Positions 36,916-48,687 of a stretch of DNA of 64,000 nucleotides are shown piece after piece; the first letter of the stretch is position 1; every line of letters starts with the position of its first letter. The DNA comes from Marsupella aquatica. Taxonomy: Eukaryota; Plantae; Marchantiophyta. The position numbers and the translations under genes are program-made. Under the pieces are notes generated by a model that was not told the DNA's origin, made no database searches, and worked only from the letters and a program-made list of their open reading frames with translations. The stretch covers positions 990,435 through 1,054,434 of the forward strand of contig OZ316895.1 in NCBI GenBank assembly GCA_973895155.1, read 5' to 3'.

Positions 36916-39478
36916 ATGCCCTTTATAGACGGTGTCGGAGATGAGTTGGTGTATGCAGCTCTTGTTGCTGCTCCGGTAGTCTTCATCTGTCGCACGTCTT
37001 TGGGGGGGTAAGGATTCTACTTCTCGACATTTATCTCAATGAATGACTAATTTATGCCAAGATTTCTCAGTAAACTGTAAAGTGCACGAGTTCTCTACTT
37101 CTTGTCAATTGAATATTGTTTGTTGCTGCCCCTGTAATTTCAGTAACTATGTGAAGCTATGTGGTACCTATACCTGTAGGAGCTTCGTGTAGGATCAAGC
37201 ACCTTCGCCAGGTGCGTTGGAGTTTAAGCATTGTTGGGGTTCAAACAATTAGATTCCCCATTATCCCCTTGCCCGACGATTTGAATAACCACCGCTTGAG
37301 TGATCGTCTCATGCTCCATATGCATCAGCTGCGGGATGGGCAGTCTCGGGGTTTGACCACTGTTTTTTTCTTCTTTACGGTGGTAGATTAGGATCTCGCG
37401 TCACTTGTAGACACGAAATTCGCAAGAAGGAAACCAGTCAAATAAACAAGGGAAATTTTTTTAAGGGTTTCTCACAGATCCCAAGTTATTGACACCTCAT
37501 TTTTGCAGGCATCCTTTGAACTGGTTGAAACATGGGGCCTTTCTTGTCCGCAAGTGGGTGGCTGGTGTATGGAGTAGTATGAGGGGGCAACGTGGGGACC
37601 TTGATAGAGATGTGACCGGAGAAGGATATGCCAGACGTATGGAGGCGCCTGCTGAAAACGAGTGTTGCTCAATCTGCCATGATGCGTTCATATTGCCCTG
37701 TCAGGCAAATTGTGCTCATTGGTTTTGTGGTAATTTCTCTGTAACATTGTTTAGAGAGATGTTAACGTAATCGTTCTCCAGAGGAATACTTATATTAATT
37801 GCTCAGTCATTTTACTGGGTTACTTGTGTACAATGCTGAGGTTCCTCGTAGGTGTTGAATCGGGAATTCAACCATATAACATACCAGATTCACCGCAGTA
37901 TATCCTTGCTTGTATGGACTAGATAAAATGATGTTGGCCAATACAAATAGGCGAGGAACCCAGCATGACTGACTAGCCGTCGTCAAGGTTTTGTCAGTTG
38001 TGACTTCACGACAGTAAATTATTAGCGTTCCATTCGTAAGTTTTGTAACAACTTTCCATTCCAGAGTAGACGGCCTAATTTGGAGAGTTAACTAGTTCAT
38101 TTCTTGTTGGGATGACTGTTTGTCTTACATCAACAAATTCCATGTCTGTCATTTTTCTGCGCAGGAGAGTGTATTTTGCGAGTATGGCAGCACACTTCCG
38201 CACTTCAACCCTGCAAATGCCCGATCTGCCGGCGGCCAATCACTCTTCTAATTCCCAGCGAAGTTCCTACAGCTGCCCCAGAACAGCGGACTGTACAGGA
38301 AATAATGAGTGATATTGCCAAATATAATCGAATCTTTGGTGGTGGTGTTGTCAGTTTAGTTCAGGTTTGTATCATTATTCATCCCACTGGTCCTCACCTA
38401 CGTCCTTCGAAATAAGGGTTCGATTTATATGACAGTTGCGTCTTGGTTGTAATTATTTATTTTGGTTGCCATGTTTTCTTTATTCTGCACTTTTCTAAAT
38501 TACGTTGAGATCCTCTACTAATGCTTTCTCTCGGTTTGTAATCAACATATCAGAGAGTACGGGATATGCCACTACTTTTACGCCGATTAGTCAGGGAAAT
38601 GATGGATCCTCGAAGAGCGTTACAGCTCATTCATAGAACTCCAATTCTCTTCTATGTAAGTAATAAGATTCCCCTGGGCTCTTCATATCTTGTTAAGAAC
38701 GAATGTAGCGGTCATTTCTGCTGACCGTAACCATTGTGACTGAAGAGAATGTCGTGTCAACATTTTGTGGCTTGTCTGTCCTGATTATTTTCCGGAAAGA
38801 CTTATCCTAAATTGTGGAGATTTTAGACCGATTACGTGTTCAAGAAAATAACAAGGTTTTATCACTGGTAAATAACAGCTGGTGTTCCTGGTATTCTACG
38901 TCTTCTCTCCACTCGACATCATTCCTGAAGGTATGTCTCATTTGTGCTTTCTACTAGGTCTCTTCATGGGCATGTGGTAGTCTTATCGTGATGTTGAAAC
39001 AGTCAAAGTGCCAGATCTTGCTCTCCGTTCTGTCCTTCTACCGGGAGGGAAGTCTTACTGTGCCCAATACATTTATATTATGTTGCCAGGTACCAAATGC
39101 CGAGATGGGTAGAATAGAGGGAGACGTGGTTGCTGATGTCATTTATTTTAACTTCTTGTAGTGAGGGAAGAACTCAGGAGAGGTAATTGGCTGGAGTTGG
39201 TTGGTGGTGAATAAGGAGTGAACAATTGTGGAAGAATGACTTGCATCCTAGTGCGTTTCTCTACCTGATCACCTCCAGGGACTCTGATTTCATCACCATA
39301 TTGACTCTATTCTTTGGTTCTACCCCCCTGAAGGTTACCGTTTTGGTGCTTGTTGGCAGGAATCGTCGGGCTAGTGGGCTTCTTAGATGATCTTTTAGTG
39401 ATGGTGGTTGTTCTCTTCTATATGGCTATGCTTTATCGTTCCACGCTTCTTCTGCACCATGGTGGCCAAGCCCAGTGA
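36916..39478 (+). CDS. RNF170: RNF170-like ER membrane RING-HC E3 ubiquitin ligase with DUF1232. Exons 36916-37007, 37509-37729, 38165-38364, 38554-38655, 38879-38930, 39360-39478 (261 aa)
   Basis: All introns are GT-AG with consistent phases (786 nt in total). RING: CSICHD...QANCAHWFCGECILRVW...CPICR. Also YNRIFGG, DMPLLLRR and YVFSPLDIIPEGIVGLVGFLDD. Confidence 0.9.
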
Positions 39479-42360
39479 AGATTGTTTGTACATATTACAG
39501 TAATGGGGTACTTAAGCAAACGACGTCTCAGACGATTTATGTTCTTGGAGCTCAGTGAAGTTGTTGTTAATTTGCTGAGACAGCTGGGCTTTTTATTAGT
39601 TTGCAACGGAGAACAGGAGATGCAAACTTTGCAAATCCTCGCATATTAGTTGTTGCCGCAGACAGTGTATAGCATATCCATTCCAATGCTTCGTTGATGA
39701 AGAATTGGAAGCCCAGTGAACCTTTTCTGACGACAAACTCTTTAAGAGCAGTGTCAGGATTATGATCAATATCCGAATGAATCAGATGGCCCAGTGCCGG
39801 ATGCACAGACAGCATTGAACTGCATGTCATGAATGCTGTGAAGCAAAAACATTTACATTTAGGAATTTGAACAGCTCGAAAACGGAAAATACTGATGAAA
39901 ATAAATGAACGGCACGCTGGACGTGCACTGGGATTACAGAAGTATCACTGCGGTTGGAAAACTACAGACTCAAAACAGAGTTAATTACATGATCTGCAAG
40001 TGAAGACATCAATTTGATGGGAAGGTTGGTCTAATGACATGTGCGGGAGGAGCACAGCAACATTTTCGAATTTGAATTACCTCCCACAAGAGATGAGAAG
40101 TACAGTACGTGTATTCCAACCGATTATATTTGCCTGATCCAGGTTCGCGAAAGGAAAACTCTTAACGGTTTTTTAAAGCTTAGCTGGGATCCAAACGCTA
40201 AGGTGTCATCCCAAAATGCCTGTGTGAAATTTGAGTTTCTTTAAGGTTCAGAATGGAGATTAGGCTTGAAGATTATAGCTTTGTTCTCTAATCATAGCGG
40301 CTTTTCATGAAAGCGAAAATGCATGTGGCCAACAACATTTGCTCTCTGCATTTCTCCTAGCAACTTTGTGTGCCTAAATGGTTTCTCAGGTAAGAAAGCT
40401 TCTTTGGTTACAACATTCAAGGAATGGCTCTTATAGAATCTTCTCTTCATCGCCATTATAGATCCATAACTTGCAAATTAGTTTCATCAGCTCCCAAAAT
40501 GGAGATTATCGTTTGAGTAAATATGAAAGCTCATCATAAGTATCTCAGTTGGCTGACCAAGTTTTGGTGGGGGTAGACTTAAAAAAAGCTTATCATTTTG
40601 GTGCTCCGACGGGAGGCAAAAGAACTTTACCTCGCGATCACAAGTAGGTCACACGAGTGCATGTGTGTACATTTCTGGGCCCCCTTTCTCTTCCCCCTGC
40701 ATATAAACAATGCTACCTCAGGGAACTGACAACTCTCCTTCGACTTAAAGCACTCTATTCCTTTAGGATAATTAATTCTGTCAATGTCCGCGGTATGATT
40801 TTGACAGAATATTCATGCCTGGAATATAATTCTGTAAACTCAACTCTAGGGACGAATACAGCAGACGAAATCACTTTTTAGGCCAAAGGTTGAGTTATTG
40901 TAAAGTCTCCCCAAAAAGCGAAAATTCTGAAAAGTCATGGTGAGATGCACCTGCGCCCACCGCAGCCCTGGGCAGCAAGCGAAGCACCACCCTAAAGTCA
41001 GCACTGGTGCATAGCAGCATGCAGCTGGATCAAAATGGAGCGGGATCACTCAGACTGAAGCTTGATCAAAATGCAGCAGCACTCAGCAGCTATTACACGC
41101 CCTGGCCTAGCAGGTTGAAGCTGGTTTGAAGTGCAGCTTCAGCTCCACAGAAGCTGGTTCAAAATGCAGCATCATTTTAGGAGTTTAGGCAGCTCGCAGC
41201 TTGTTCTCGCACCGGTCCTTTGCCATCATAGCCCGCCTTCCTCTCATCTTCGTTAAGATCCACAGCAAGCAACTGAATCGTGTATAGCAGCCCTCCGATG
41301 CACGCATTCGTCAAACCTGAGGGGGGCTTCCGTTTCATGATCTCCCCAGCAGCCAAAACGAGTTTCGCCTCTACTGCCACCCCCTTTGTGCACTGCCAGG
41401 CGAGTATACTGCCTCCACATTCAGTTCTAGAAACAGAACTGCAGGCCAATTTGCTCGTGATACCAGAGTCTATGGAGAGCTTTAATGTCACAGCGATTTT
41501 GTGTCAAATTTCATACTCTCTGTATAACTCTCAGAGGGGTGCTCTAGTGTTGACAACTGAGGGCCTAAGGAAAAATTAGCTTCAGAAAGTTGCACATTAA
41601 ACCTGTCACCTTCAATGCATACTATTCGAAGATTTTGCATTCGAGTTTTCGGTCATGAATGGTTTAAGAAGCTTTTATATCAGTTGCCATCTACTGTAGT
41701 GCAGTTAGCGCAGGTTAGTGTCGTTTTTGTATGTGCAGTCTGTCATGTTTTGCACTTAGCATGAAATAAATTAGGTACTTCTCAAATTAGGCATATTCTT
41801 TGGAAAAGTTTCATTTTGGCTGAAGACTCAACTATCACCAGCACTGGAACCTCCATCTAATACAACAGAATTACGTCTAAAAAAAATATCACAAACAAAT
41901 ATGCGACATTGTGGTGGCCTTACCTTTCATGCATCGTTTCCACCATTTAATAAAATTTGTCATCCATGCTGTTGGATCTCGTGCATCTTTCACGAAAAAG
42001 AAAAAGTTTCATGGGTTGTTAATGGAAATTAGGAGCAGTGTTTTCAGCAAAGATAATCTATAATGTTCAACTCTTTGTTTCAAAGCGAGTACGGTCTGTG
42101 AATAAATTTGAAAGAGCATGGAAGCTGAGTAGTGAGGTAATAAGTAATCTTGCTCCTCCCACACTGGTGCCTTTTGGATAATCCTGACTCCTTCACAGAT
42201 CATGAAAATTTTAGAATATTGGTTTAAATAATAAGAAATGTATTCTCATATTATAGTGAATCCATGGAAAAAAAAACTTTAGGATCCGTTGACTTTTTTG
42301 AAAAAAATAAAATTATACTCTTACCACTAAACTATACAAGCCACAAATTAATATTAACAT

Positions 42361-42889
42361 AGTGCTCAGGTTGCTTGGCCAATTGTGGGTCAAGAAATTT
42401 AAATGGAGATGTTGGGGCAGTTTTCAGGGGATACAGATATCTTTTGGATTTCTCCAACTTTGGCGAGAGTACTGTGGTGAATTGCAACTTTACTCAACTG
42501 CTATTGGTGGACTCTTTTTAGCAGCCCTAACACTTTTTGCTGGTTGGTTTCAATACCATAAAGCTATTCCAAACTAGCTTGGTTTCATGATGTAGAACCT
42601 AATTGTATCATCATTTAGCAGGGCTACGAGTATTTGGTTCTCTTTTCTGGGCCGGGCATCAAGTACATGTTTTCTTACCTATAAATCAACTTCTAGGTGC
42701 TGGAGTAGATCCCAAGGAAATACCTCTTGTGAGTTTATTTCCATTTAGTGATCTTCTAGCTGAACTTTGCCCAAGTTGGGTAAAATGATTAGCACCGTCT
42801 TTCACTTTGAATTGGTCAGAGTACTCAGATTTTTAACTTCTAGTAGAGGTTTAAATCCAGTTACTGGAGGTCTTTGGCTAACTGATGCT
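42361..42889 (+). pseudogene. psaA: Nuclear plastid DNA insertion (NUPT): degenerate psaA fragment
   Basis: Frameshifted pieces read [63 protein letters not shown] and RGLNPVTGGLWLTD. Confidence 0.93.
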
Positions 42890-43200
42890 GGGTATGCAAT
42901 AAGTGTAAAAGTAAATGAAAAACAACGGATTGTTTTTCTCACTCAGCTATATCTAATATTTGCATTATTACTAATTCTTTTGAAGGTTTAATAAATATAG
43001 ATTGTTACACATACATTCCTATGTATCTATATACATATGAATGCATATGTCTCTCTTACTATTAAAACAAAAATGAAGTCAAACATACTCCAGCTTGGTA
43101 ATTTTCACCATCTGTCCAAGGTTGAGCTCTGGGATTTAAGGGTGGACATAAAAAGCAACCTACAGACACTTTCATTCGGGATAACACTTGCATCCTCCGT

Positions 43201-43330
43201 CTTACCAAGGCTTCTGGTAGAGAGTTAATGCTTATTCCTCAGATACCCTATTCCTCAGATACCTTACCAAGGCTTCTGGCAGAGAGTTAGCCAATGCTTA
43301 TTCCTCAGATACCCTATTCCTCAGATACCT
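43201..43330. repeat. Two-copy ~63-67-bp tandem duplication
   Basis: CTTACCAAGGCTTCTGG(T/C)AGAGAGTTA...ATGCTTATTCCTCAGATACCCTATTCCTCAGATAC occurs twice. Confidence 0.85.
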
Positions 43331-44625
43331 TCATTGCATCTTCTCTGAGATTGGGAGTTGGAAAACCTGTAAATATTTCAAATCTGTTTTAGTCAAATCT
43401 AGTTTCGTGCATTTCCACCATAAACTATATTTCAACTTGAATCAAATCTGTTTCTCTTCCAATCTAGATCCATCCATTTCCACCATAATTTGAAGCATTT
43501 CTTATATATTTTCTTGAGTTAAGAATTGATACAATTACACATTTGTATATCACCTTGAAGTAATTTGGAATATATTGTTGCTCAATCGGACCAATCCAAA
43601 TGATGACCTTGGTGTTGCTTTCCAAGATTTCATGTAATATTGTTTTGGTTTGGCATTCAAAAGACGAAATCCGCACATCTATGCACGTCACAAATTACTA
43701 TTGAGTCGGATAGCAATCACACTGAATCACGAAAACCTGGTGAGACGCACCAAAAATTGATTATTGCACCGTCTCTTCACAAGGGCTGCTGGAGAATGGT
43801 GAGACCCGTAAACAAATCAATACCAACACCTTGGGGAATTGAAATTGTAAATGGTGACTACACAGATCTTTTGCCCTGCTGGTAATCACACATCAAAATG
43901 TGTGGTAATCACACATCAAAATGTGGCTGTATTCATTGATTGAAAGAAAAAAAACTAGGGTTATCAGGCTATACACGAGTGTCGTACATAGTATATGCCT
44001 TTTGCACACCAAATCTATCCCCGTACAGTTGGTCAATAAGATTCACTCATTACAACTGCTAATCAGATAAATACGAATAAATTTAAGTCCTTTCGTTTCG
44101 TTTGTCTGATTATCTAATTGTCCATCGGAGTTATTATTGTCTCGTTAAGGTCACCCCATTGGCGGTTTCTTGAAGTAAGAATTGCAAGACGACGTAACTT
44201 TTTAATGATCATTCAACGACTCCTCAGAAATTAGTCAAATCGATCGGCGTTGCATATACTCCCTTTGTGATAAATTTCCACCCACAGTATTAAAAATTAC
44301 AATCTTATTGACATTGATTACATTGCCACCCAGTTTCACAGTAGTGCATACATTGGTATAAACTGCCATCACTAGTTGTGTACTTTCCACCGCTTGTGCG
44401 ACTGTTTACAATTGAGGCTCCCTCCATCAGCCATAAATGAGACACAGGAGGTAGCCCTTCGGTTGTGGAGTTTCGGAAAGTCCTGCCAATGTTGACAAAT
44501 TCTTCAGGCTGGACATTCAAGTCTTCCTTCTGATGTGCAATGCACATTTTGGCTGTTCTCAACCACTCCATCGTTGCTGTGAAGGTCTGAAGGCGCTTGC
44601 AAGACGCTTGAATGCTGGCAGAACG

Positions 44626-47022
44626 TCACTCGACATGTTGAAACCCTGGAAGTAGCGAGGTTAAAAATCCTACTACAATCATCTGCAATTCTTTGATTAT
44701 GCCCCACCAGTTCGGATTTTGAGGAGGATGCTCTGCCCTTTGCTCATCTGCTCCTGGTGGTCCTTCACGTTGACCAGTAGCACCATTCGGACCTGGTGCC
44801 GCAGGTGGTGTATCTTCTCTTACTTCGTGTCCTAGTGGTGCATCTCTAGCATTTGGAGGTTGGACTGCCTCGGCATTTGGAGCACCTAGCAAACGATTCA
44901 AGAGTGTTGGTGACCATAAAAAGTACCAGGACAGCACTGGATCCAACGGCCAAATCAAGGTTCTGGTCACTATCATTTAATATAGAGAAGCAAACAGTTA
45001 CTCTGATCTCTCTCTCTCTTACAGGTAGATGTCATCACCAGTCTAGCCGAAGGCAAGGGGGAAGGGACTGGAGCGGGGAACGTAGTTTACCCTCACCACC
45101 TGGAACTAGTTGCTGGGGTGGCATCATAGCACGTTGGGCACTTAAGGAAATCCACCTAAGAATAGGAGCCAAAGCTCCAGTTTGGTACCTAAAACAACAA
45201 AACCAAGTGTAAGGAGCAAAAAAACAACCAAACTATGTCCACAAATATTTTCAAATACCTTGGCACAGCGTAAGGACTAAACGTTGGAAGCCAGAACCGA
45301 TCTATCGTCGGATATTCTTGAAAAGAATCTAAGCATGAAGTGATAAAGTTTCACCCTCTATGACAAACAGGAGACCTATTGAAACTGAGAGGAACTTTTG
45401 TGATCATTAACGACTAATCAGACAGATGTTAATGATCACAAAAATTCAAATCCAATAGAACACGAAGTAGGATGCAGTACAGCCTATTGCATAGATTCTT
45501 CATGCAGACTAGACTGCCCTCTTGGAAGCCAGACTTTTGATACTTACAAGTACACGATCACGGCAAGGAGCAAAAGCAGCATCAGTCTATCTCTTGTCCC
45601 ATCTTGGTTGAACACAATGACTACAACAGCCAGCTTCAGTATCAGCAACACATCCAGTTGAAAGCCCACTTGAAACCTACGCACCACCTGCTGCTGCCTT
45701 TGTGGGTCACCAGGCCTGGGAACTCCTTGACGCGGCCTTACAGCACCAACTACAGGGCGTTGACGTAATCCATCTGGTGCTGCATCTCTTGCTTCGGCTT
45801 GAGGGGCTGCACGTCCAGCCTCTGCGGGCCTAGCTGCTGGAGGTGTCGCTGGATGCGTTTGTCCTTCGGGTCGAGCAGGCGGTGCCACTCTGCACCTCAC
45901 AATTCCGAAATCTCAAAAGTTGCACATCTTAAGGGCCAAACAGATCCCTTCCTAGTTTGACAACCTAGTTTAAAACCACCGGACATATCAGGAGCATGAA
46001 ATACTGATGTAGACTGGGAAGACCTAATTCTGGCGCGACTCATAAAGGTCTGTGTATCTGGCGTGTCCATGAGCTAAGTATTCCTCACGACACGAAGCAG
46101 TCCCCACCTTTAAGGATTGACATAATAGACTTCGAAGACGGTAAGAACTTCCCAGCATTGACTTAATTCATCAGCTCTGGTTCATGTTTCGGTTTCCGTG
46201 ACAAAGTCCAATCTGAACAAATTCTTGCTTTAAGTGCGTGCTAGTGGGATGTGCATTCTTCCAACCCAGAATCTTGTGTTCAACGGCAACTAGTCTGCAA
46301 CGGAAACTTCATATCGAGTAGTCTCTATATCCCAAATTGACGGAAATGTAATCATGATAATAGTGGTGAAGTACTTACGGAGGCAAGTTGAAAGACAGCG
46401 GGATAAATCCGCTCTGAGGAATTGTTCCCATTGCATTGAACATCGGCATCACAGGTACAGCGAAGATCCCTCCGGGTGGGGGCTGCTGATCCTGACCTGG
46501 AATCGGATAGTAAGTTGGAAAAGGACCAGGTAGCAGAACTGGAACCAAAGGACCCAGGGCATTAAAGTCAAATCCTGCTCCAGGGGTGGACGGATTAAAT
46601 GGCCAATTCTCCATGGCTGGCATCTGAAAGGAACCCAATAGCCCACAAATTATAAGTAATCCCAATGCATATCGCCTTTCAATTGCAGGTCAGTCTGGGG
46701 AGAACAAAGTTTTACCGATGGTCGATTATTTTAGGTTGCTGAATTACTTTACGTCAATGAAACTTACGGGTAGAAATCCCCGAAATGGGCCATCTTCAGC
46801 TGGAGAAATCCCTGGGGAAGCAGCCGACTTGCCCCTATCGATCCCGTCGGCGACGAATGGTTCCCGGTGAGAGCTCAATGGATCTCCTGCGCGTTGATCA
46901 ACTCCTCCTGCCTTCTTCTCAGCTCCCTCTGGAACCCCATGCCCTGCCCTGCTCCCTTCTCCTTCGTCTTGTCCTGATCTGAACCTCTCTGCTGTGGTCG
47001 ACGCTTCACCCTGTTCAGCCAT
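44626..47022 (-). CDS. EBS7: EBS7-like ER-membrane ERAD factor. Exons 47022-46768, 46623-46379, 45889-45548, 45188-45091, 44885-44626 (399 aa)
   Basis: GT-AG introns with consistent phases (1200 nt in total). RRFQVGFQLDVLLILKLA...FNQDG..RL...YLYQTGALAP and the C-terminal WWGIIKELQMIVVGFLTSLLPGF match my recollection of Arabidopsis At4g29960/EBS7. Confidence 0.82.
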
Positions 47023-47111
47023 GCCGGCCCTTTCACTTCTGCTATACGATTATGAATCCCTTTCAATCTTCAAAAAATCTCGATGAACTTGCAAACCATC
47101 CTCGACTCCGC

Positions 47112-47186
47112 AAACCCTAAGAAATCCGGGGATCGATCTTCCGTTCACTGGGCCGACAGGTTGTCAATTGTCAAGATGATGGCCCA
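47112..47186 (-). promoter_or_regulatory. Telo-box (AAACCCTAA) and site II (TGGGCC) motifs upstream of EBS7
   Basis: AAACCCTAA at 47112-47120, TGGGCC at ~47149 and GGCCCA at ~47181, all within 170 bp of the ATG. Confidence 0.45.
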
Positions 47187-47519
47187 CAGTGAGAAGCTCC
47201 ATAATTCCTATTCGATCACGATAGCTCGCAGGGCAAAATCTTAATGAATCTCGGCTCAATGCAAACAGCACAATGCTCATGTCTGAACGTGATCCTTCGA
47301 GGGTTTTTTTAACTCGTTTTAAAAACCTATAAGTAGAGTAGTGCTGTACTGCCAAGTCCGCAATCTTTCCGTGCCGGAGACGAATGGGATTAGAAGAACG
47401 AGCGAAGGGACCACTTATGCCCGGTTTGATGTGACGGGCAACTTGTCGAGTTGCCCGGCACGTAAACTCGGCATTTGCCGGCCTGAAATGCTCTCATTTG
47501 ACGCATATTCGCCTTTATT

Positions 47520-48030
47520 CCCCGGTTCGGCCCGAACTTCTCCCGGCCCGGCCCGAACTCCTCCCGGCCTCTTCCCGGACCCGGCCCGCCCCCCCCCCCT
47601 ACCTCTCATCACCCGGCCCCGGCCCTACGCCGCGGCTTTACATCCCGGCCCGGCCCGGGTGGAGGGGGGCCCGGGTGGGGGGAGGAGGAGGCCCGGCCCG
47701 GGTGGGGGGAGGGAGGAGGCCCGGCCAGGGTGGAGGGGGGCCCGGGTGGGGGGGGAGGAGACCGGGTGGGGAGGAGGACGAGGCCCGGGTGGGGGGAGGG
47801 AGGAGGGCCGGCCCGGGTGGAGGGAGGCCCGGGGGGGAGGAGGCCCGGGTGGGGGGAGGCCCGGGTGGGGGGGAGGAGGGAGGCCCGGCCCGGGTGAAGG
47901 GAGGGGTGGGAGCAGGGAGGAGGGAGGCCCGGGTGGGGGGCAGGAGGGAGGCCCAGCCCGGGTGAAGGGAGGGGTGGGAGCTGGGAGCAGGGAGGCCCGG
48001 CCTGGGTTAAGGGAAGATAAGCCCGGGTTT
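47520..48030. repeat. Left subterminal G-rich array (GGCCCGGGTGGGGGGAGG-type units)
   Basis: Many GGCCCGG units separated by G-tracts. Confidence 0.85.
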
Positions 48031-48687
48031 TAGAGTTATGGATAAACTCAATTGAGATAAGCCATATCTGCTAATTTGGGGTTGTGATGATTTCTCGCCT
48101 ATCTAGTATTTCAACTCCGCTAAATATAGAACGTTTTTTCATTCTAAATTGTATAAAACTTTGAGTTTTTCTCATTAGACACACTTCACTAAAAGTAGAG
48201 CACTCTATGTAAAGAGATAGAAAAGACTTTTGTGCGCGCGTGCTTGGAGGTTTTACTCGGCATGTGGTAATCCGCATAATAATTTTCTTCTTATCCCTTA
48301 ACAATTTAGTGGTACTTGTGGGTATCGTGAAATAAATTTTGACAATGTTGACATTCATGTATGCATGTTTGGAGCTAAAGCTTGACATGTGATATTTTAC
48401 ATGATTATCACTAATTGTCTCATATGTTTTCACTATATCGATAAATGCTCATTAAATTATAGATATCACATACGTCGGATAGTAATGTTAACAACCAGAA
48501 AACAAAAGAGAACCGTTGTGCGCATGTTTGGAGTTTGACTCGACGTGTGATATTTCACAGTAGTTTTTTTTCTCGTTTTATTGTTGTTACTTCAAAAGAC
48601 TAACAAATAATCATTCAATTTTTATTAAGTGACTATGTTTAGCGACGTATAAGAAGACACTCTATGTGTAAAGTTCTTGTTTCGATC

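Noticed and set aside
40860-41580. GCAGC-rich segment with short ORFs
   Set aside because: Low-complexity, with no domain or terminal structure identified.
47341-48033. Gly/Arg/Pro-rich ORFs (also 56189-56994 and 9838-10248)
   Set aside because: Artefacts of GC-rich subterminal repeats that lack stop codons.
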